A stretch of 64,000 nucleotides of DNA from a virus, in the IMG/VR virus record IMGVR_UViG_3300010396_000006, positions 41,648-105,647 of that record; one strand, 5' to 3'. A program made the position numbers and the translations under genes. The notes beneath the pieces are model-generated. The model saw only the letters and a program-made list of their open reading frames with translations. It made no database searches and was not told where the DNA came from. Below are positions 60,601 to 64,000 of the stretch, piece by piece (the first letter of the stretch is position 1; each line of letters starts with the position of its first letter).

Positions 60601-61236
60601 AAACCAAAGCGACTCATACCGGAACCTGTCAAATCTGTGGACGAACGCAAAAGCTTCCCAGTGGAATGTTGTCGCTGCACGGCTATACGAAGGAATGGGG
60701 ATTCTTTTCCGGCACATGTTCCGGATCGTCTCACCTGCCGTTTGAACAGTCGATCTCATTGATTGCCGATGCCATCGAAAAGGCGTCGAAGCAACTTAGT
60801 GATCTGTCGGCCGAAAGTCTCGCTTGGAAGAACGGGAAACAACTCGATGGGAATCTGGCATGGAAGCATGTTTACGTCTCTCGCAATCGATTCGAGAGAG
60901 GTCAATACGTTTGGCAGCATGTTCAAGTAATCTCGGAACAGTTTAAACCGATTTCGTTCTCCGGTAATCCAGTGACGCTTTACAGCTATGCGGAAATTGA
61001 CGCGGACGGTAAACCCGGCAAGCCGGAGCGGTTCTATCCGAGCGGAGTGGTGGAATCGATCGATGCTGTACGGCGGCAACTCAATTCCCAATATGCGGAG
61101 CAACATCTCGACAAGCGAGTCGCGGGTCTTGATCGATACGTAAAATGGCAGCAAATGAGAATCAAAGACTGGAAACCGTCTGAACTGAAGCCAGTTGAAT
61201 GACATCCGCTGTGGAAGTCTTCAATTCTTATCTGCC
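60554..61236 (+). repeat. 31-bp direct repeat flanking ORF 60597-61202
   Basis: CCGCTGTGGAAGTCTTCAATTCTTATCTGCC at 60554 and 61206. Confidence 0.9.
60597..61202 (+). CDS. hypothetical protein with N-terminal Zn-binding motif
   Basis: 'GTCQICGR...HGY...CSGS'. Confidence 0.6.
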   Translation: MKTKATHTGTCQICGRTQKLPSGMLSLHGYTKEWGFFSGTCSGSSHLPFEQSISLIADAIEKASKQLSDLSAESLAWKNGKQLDGNLAWKHVYVSRNRFERGQYVWQHVQVISEQFKPISFSGNPVTLYSYAEIDADGKPGKPERFYPSGVVESIDAVRRQLNSQYAEQHLDKRVAGLDRYVKWQQMRIKDWKPSELKPVE

Positions 61237-61564
61237 AACCGAGGAAGAATGATGACACCGGAAGACATTATGAGAACGGTTGATGAAGTCGAAAGGCGAT
61301 GGCGAAGCCGTACCCCGGCAAGATCGGTTCTTGATGCCAATGCGTCATATCGGGTGGCGATGTCTGAGACGATTCAATGGGGAAATCAAAACGGAATCAA
61401 AGTCGACAGGATGGACATCAATCTACAAGTCGAGATGACGAAGATGTTTTTTCGATTGCGTCGGGAATTCCCAAATGAGGTATGGGATCACTTGAACGCG
61501 GCGACAAGGACATTGTGTAAGCGACATGGAATTCCAATCCCAAGAAAATCAAATCGAGGCCCAC

Positions 61565-62131
61565 ATGCGAATCATCAATGAAACGAAGTGGAAGACGGAA
61601 CATCTGCGAGAATTCGTCCGGCGCATCGTCCCGAATGAACTCGACCCCGAAAAGCGAAAGGGTGTCGTGATCCGGTTCGTGAACGCCAGAAACCGCGGCG
61701 TCTCAGGTTGGGCCTACCGTAACAGCCGAAGATGCCGGATCATTGTTCCAAAGCCGGGGAGCAAGATTGAACATCTCAAAGAAGCCTTGGCCAAGGTCAT
61801 CGCCCACGAACTGGCTCATCTTCAGGGCCGACCCGGTGGACGTTCCAGTGAACTTAACATGCGAGGATCAGACCGCTACGGCTATCGCGGCGATTACGTG
61901 ACGTATTACGCATGGGCGAAGGAACTGCCGCTAGAACCGCAAGAGGAACAACACAAAGCGAAGCCGGCGACAGACGACAAGTACGCTGTGGAAATCGCTC
62001 GGATGGAGAAGCTGATGTCTGGTTGGGAACGTCGCAAGAAGCGAGCAGAAACCGCGATCAAGAAATATGCTCGCAAGATCAAATATCGACAGGGCCGATT
62101 GGCGGCGTGTCGATCAACGAAGGCGGAATAA
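61565..62131 (+). CDS. HExxH zinc metallopeptidase-like protein
   Basis: 'VSGWAY...VIAHELAH'. Confidence 0.65.
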   Translation: MRIINETKWKTEHLREFVRRIVPNELDPEKRKGVVIRFVNARNRGVSGWAYRNSRRCRIIVPKPGSKIEHLKEALAKVIAHELAHLQGRPGGRSSELNMRGSDRYGYRGDYVTYYAWAKELPLEPQEEQHKAKPATDDKYAVEIARMEKLMSGWERRKKRAETAIKKYARKIKYRQGRLAACRSTKAE

Positions 62132-62366
62132 TGAATCCGAACAATGGGAATCGTGGCGGCTGTTATCGGACAATCCGGCAACAGTCGCCGCTGATGTAAG
62201 TCGTCTCGTCCTGTCTGTGCGGCGCGTCGAGATATACCGGCTACATTCCCAAATGCCGAAAGCTGATCCTGTCTTGTGGCCATGTCGCCTATCAGAAGGC
62301 CAGCGTTCCAGTTCAAAAACGAGTGCGGTGTCGAGACTGCCTCAATAAGAAATCAACCGAGGAAGA

Positions 62367-62681
62367 ATGATCATGCCGAAAAAAGAAACAGCCGAGGCAA
62401 AGCACACAGCCGGCCCGTGGTTCTTCAAGGAAGGGAATCGCGAAAATCATGCGATGTCAACAATCGTCCTACAGAAAGACATGGATTTCCAAATCGGATT
62501 CGCCATCTGCGAATCAAGGAACGCGAGCCAGCGAGCCGAAGACATCGCCAATGCCCGACTGATGGCGGCGTCACCTGATCTACTCAAAGCCTGTCAAGAA
62601 GTGATGCCAGCCCTGCAACGGGCGAAGTTGAGTGTTCTGGCCTGTTTAGTTCAGGACGCCATCGACAAGGCGACGAAATAG
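62367..62681 (+). CDS. common small phage protein ('HTPGPW...ANARLIAAAPDLL' type)
   Basis: 'KHTAGPW...ANARLMAASPDLL'. Confidence 0.7.
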   Translation: MIMPKKETAEAKHTAGPWFFKEGNRENHAMSTIVLQKDMDFQIGFAICESRNASQRAEDIANARLMAASPDLLKACQEVMPALQRAKLSVLACLVQDAIDKATK

Positions 62682-62693
62682 GAATCTCAGATC

Positions 62694-64000
62694 GTGTCAG
62701 AAATCACAATCGTCGAAACGACAGCCAAAACCGAGCGCATTCCAAATCCCGATGATCTCGATCAGATCAAACTCGGCGATTGGTATTGGTTCAAGCCGGA
62801 TGGAGACGACGAAACAGAATCCCTTTGGTGCGTGACGCATGTGGGCAGCAACTTCGCGGAGATCTCTAATCCTGACACTGAGTACAACAGCACATGGAGG
62901 GTCCACGTCAATGAATGGGACGCCAGATGCCGATATGAACCCAATCCCCAAAAGTGGTTCGACTTGTGGTCTGACGAAGAGAAGAAAGCGATTCGCCGCA
63001 TCAATCAAGAGATCCAAGACATCTGCACTCGCCTGGGCGTCAGTCCCGACAACAAACGAATCACAGGCTCTGTGAGTGGCAGCAATCTCTCGTTGATCAG
63101 TTCAGCATCGAATGCCGACGAATACAAAAATGCTCTGATCAAGGCAAAGGAAAAAGAGCTGCCCGCTCTGTTCGAAGAAATCAAGGAACACAGTTCACAG
63201 TTGAAACGCTGGCTCAAGGCGTCATCCATGTCGCTCCTGGCGCAATGCGGTGACATGCAAGAGACGATCGGCATCGTGAATGATCGAATCTTCATGGTTT
63301 CGGTCTATGCCGGCCTCGTCGAGAATGTGGAACTCGTGCGGGAAGGTAAGCCAGCCGAACACGACGAAAAGTTGAGGCTAATGCAAGGCAAGCTGTTCAT
63401 GGATGAGGAGTGCTTGCTGAACTACTCACATGGCGGCATGGAATTCAAGGATGTTTCCGAGTTCGATGCGTGGCTCGCAAAGCCGGGAAACTGTGATCGC
63501 ATCCTGCCATTCCCACGATGCATGGTGGCCTTCCAAGTTCGACGGTTCAAGAAACATCGTGAGAGTGACGGGACACTCGCAACCGCTTGGATCAATTTTC
63601 AATTCGAGCAAGAAGACAAACTGACATTTCTCTACATCCGCAACGGCCAACGTCTCTATCGTCTGAATACGGAACTGGAATTTGGCGATGAACTATTCGC
63701 CGATCAAAACGAGTTCGTTTTCGAACAGGTGATGGTCAACGATTACGATAGTGATCATCCGACGATGACCGTTCGGGAATATGAGGATCGAGTCGCGGAA
63801 CACAATCAGAAGGTGAAAGCCCACAAGGCAGAATTGGCGCTGTACCGCAAAAGGCATGCGGAGTTCAAGCGATGGAAAAAAGAAAATCCGAAAACGGATG
63901 AGAACAAATCGGGATTTGAGTTCAAGTTTCGAATGCAGATGGAACCGTATTTTTATGGTGATTTCGATCCAGAAAGATGGTCGCTGCTGAATGACTCGAA
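62694..64000 (+). CDS. large phage hypothetical protein, truncated by the window end
   Basis: Open frame from GTG 62694 to the window end (absent from the ORF track); 'YAGL.E', 'LFMDEE', 'RILPFPRCMVAF', 'FLYIRNG'. Confidence 0.7.
   Translation, partial: MSEITIVETTAKTERIPNPDDLDQIKLGDWYWFKPDGDDETESLWCVTHVGSNFAEISNPDTEYNSTWRVHVNEWDARCRYEPNPQKWFDLWSDEEKKAIRRINQEIQDICTRLGVSPDNKRITGSVSGSNLSLISSASNADEYKNALIKAKEKELPALFEEIKEHSSQLKRWLKASSMSLLAQCGDMQETIGIVNDRIFMVSVYAGLVENVELVREGKPAEHDEKLRLMQGKLFMDEECLLNYSHGGMEFKDVSEFDAWLAKPGNCDRILPFPRCMVAFQVRRFKKHRESDGTLATAWINFQFEQEDKLTFLYIRNGQRLYRLNTELEFGDELFADQNEFVFEQVMVNDYDSDHPTMTVREYEDRVAEHNQKVKAHKAELALYRKRHAEFKRWKKENPKTDENKSGFEFKFRMQMEPYFYGDFDPERWSLLNDS

Noticed and set aside
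1-64000. Alternative genetic code
   Set aside because: Core genes are full length in the standard code and end in TAA, TAG and TGA

Overview
A 64-kb segment of a tailed dsDNA phage (HK97-fold capsid, long non-contractile tail, no sheath gene seen). Almost all genes lie on the + strand. The host is probably a Planctomycetota bacterium, inferred from host-like genes (ClpC N-domain, two small planctomycete-type proteins). No integrase, polymerase or lysin is visible in the window. The head genes are scattered (terS/terL 4.6-7.1 kb, portal 14.3-21.0 kb, MuF-like 31.6-33.1 kb, protease/capsid 38-41 kb, neck and tail 42.6-55.9 kb) among clusters of small accessory genes. Main highlights: (1) a 2235-aa portal polyprotein carrying 2H-phosphodiesterase (Acb1-like), pyrophosphatase-like, Zn-ribbon and HExxH/LPD-type domains, separated by Lys-Ser sites and including a copy of the capsid maturation junction, which suggests the prohead protease releases injected effectors; (2) degenerate stand-alone copies of the phage's own terminase ATPase and portal, possibly immune decoys; (3) a promoter module repeated five times (AAATC-N5-GATTT operator, sigma70-like promoter, covarying hairpin with an NCAGTAAC loop); (4) three kissing-loop terminator RNAs with different loop pairs; (5) an island of conserved boundary sequences repeated in the same order around unrelated genes. 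All family assignments are from motif recognition by eye; no database search was run.
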